DNA from: a virus
Taxonomy: Duplodnaviria; Caudoviricetes
IMG/VR virus record: IMGVR_UViG_3300037961_000628
Span: 1-25,229 of that record
DNA: 25,229 nt
Strand: one strand, 5' to 3'
The notes below the pieces were generated by a model. The model saw only the letters and a program-made list of their open reading frames with translations, was not told where the DNA came from and did no database searches. The position numbers and the translations under genes are program-made. Position 1 is the first letter of the stretch. Every line of letters starts with the position of its first letter. This document shows, one piece after another, positions 24,309-25,229 of this stretch.

Positions 24309-24940
24309 TATGTTTTTCTCCCGCCATAAAAATCAGATATAGACAACGCATTACCAGACACAGGAATGCCTGAGTTAACGGCTGTGTCAACAGCCGCGTT
24401 GTCGTAGCTACTGCCACCAACATAAAGATAAATACAAGCCCAACCGGAAGATGCGCCGCTTCCAACCATTCGTATTACCTGCCCAGAACTCAGAGAAAGC
24501 GTGTCAACCGCCGAGGCGGTCTGATTATACGCTGGAGATAAAGTGTGTGTTCTGATCAAGCTGCCGTTTGCATACATACTAACAGTGGCTGAAGCAACGC
24601 CTTGTATGTAATAAGCAGCGTAGTACTGATAAGTCCCGGTCTTGTTGACAGTAAAGTTCCTGTCCATAGTTATGGTACTGCCGTTATCACCCCACAAAGC
24701 CTGAGTGTACAGACGGCTAAAAGTATTTATCTGCGGGTCATAGCCGCCAATACCGGGATATCTATAGTTAGCGGAGTTGCTACCGCCAAGACTAGATGCG
24801 GTTACTGTTTCTGGAACAGTGGACGGAACGTATCCGTTACCACCACTCTTGTAGTACTCGCTCATAGAAATAGGGTGTGAGCCAGTAAACTCTGTCTGAA
24901 GATCAGAAAGTGACAGTGTTCCAGAAGATGGCAGCGTCAT
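24308..24940 (-). CDS. Tail fibre tip adhesin-like protein
   Basis: N-terminal LPSSG.LSLSDLQTEF.GS.PISMSEYY, C-terminal P.SG..LSISDFYG, and a Tyr/Ser/Gly-rich beta core. Confidence 0.7.
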   Translation of the reverse strand: MTLPSSGTLSLSDLQTEFTGSHPISMSEYYKSGGNGYVPSTVPETVTASSLGGSNSANYRYPGIGGYDPQINTFSRLYTQALWGDNGSTITMDRNFTVNKTGTYQYYAAYYIQGVASATVSMYANGSLIRTHTLSPAYNQTASAVDTLSLSSGQVIRMVGSGASSGWACIYLYVGGSSYDNAAVDTAVNSGIPVSGNALSISDFYGGRKT

Positions 24941-25227
24941 TAGATCGATCCATATGCGGTTACATCGTCAACAGAAGTTATTGCGCCGTTAGAAGCTATT
25001 TTAGCTACTGCCGAGCCACCGTATGAAAATACTAGATTGTTGTTTCCATCAACAGAAATTGTCCAACCGCTACCACCAGTCAGACTTAATGTGTTCCCAA
25101 AGCTAGAACCTGCACTAACAAACGAAAGCTGCCCGGAGCCATCTGTCTTTAATAGCTGTCCTGCGGTTCCGTCCGCCTGTGGATAAGACAAGCCGTCAAG
25201 TATAACAGAGCCTGTACCATGCGGAGT
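24940..25227 (-). CDS. Tail fibre protein, C-terminal part (5'-partial)
   Basis: Frame stays open to the window edge: TPHGTGSVILDGLSYPQADGTAGQLLKTDGSGQLSF...DDVTAYG. These are typical fibre repeat motifs. Confidence 0.75.
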   Translation of the reverse strand, partial: TPHGTGSVILDGLSYPQADGTAGQLLKTDGSGQLSFVSAGSSFGNTLSLTGGSGWTISVDGNNNLVFSYGGSAVAKIASNGAITSVDDVTAYGSI

Positions 25228-25229
25228 AA

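Noticed and set aside
14446-24880. Plus-strand ORFs within the structural arm
   Set aside because: They are antisense shadows of long minus-strand genes, Ser/Pro-rich, with no RBS or motifs.
1-25229. tRNA, rRNA, CRISPR array, IS element, integrase, introns/inteins, stop-codon recoding
   Set aside because: None seen by eye. Core genes are uninterrupted and of normal length under the standard code.

Overview
This window is an internal segment of a tailed dsDNA bacteriophage genome, most likely a marine short-tailed (podovirus-type) phage. It has two convergent, densely packed arms. The + strand (1-13445) carries about 18 small translationally coupled early/accessory ORFs, then a replication module: SNF2-type helicase, an antisense PD-(D/E)XK nuclease, a ribbon-helix-helix regulator, a conserved coiled-coil protein, an SSB-like protein, an AEP-type primase, a UvrD-like SF1 helicase, DUF6378, and a family A DNA polymerase with Leu at the 762-equivalent position. 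The - strand (13411-25229) carries tail fibre/adhesin genes, a P22 gp10-like tail hub, four putative ejection proteins, a T4-type lysozyme and atypical lysis-associated genes. From memory, the gene set resembles HTVC023P-type and related alphaproteobacterial phages (inference, no search run). No tRNA, rRNA, CRISPR, integrase or IS element was seen. The most unusual signals are: four dispersed small Cys-patterned proteins; a hairpin displaying an anti-Shine-Dalgarno loop just before the primase; SSB-like acidic VPF tails on both SSB and primase; two apparent in-frame gene fusions with internal RBSs; and an inverted repeat near the arm junction.
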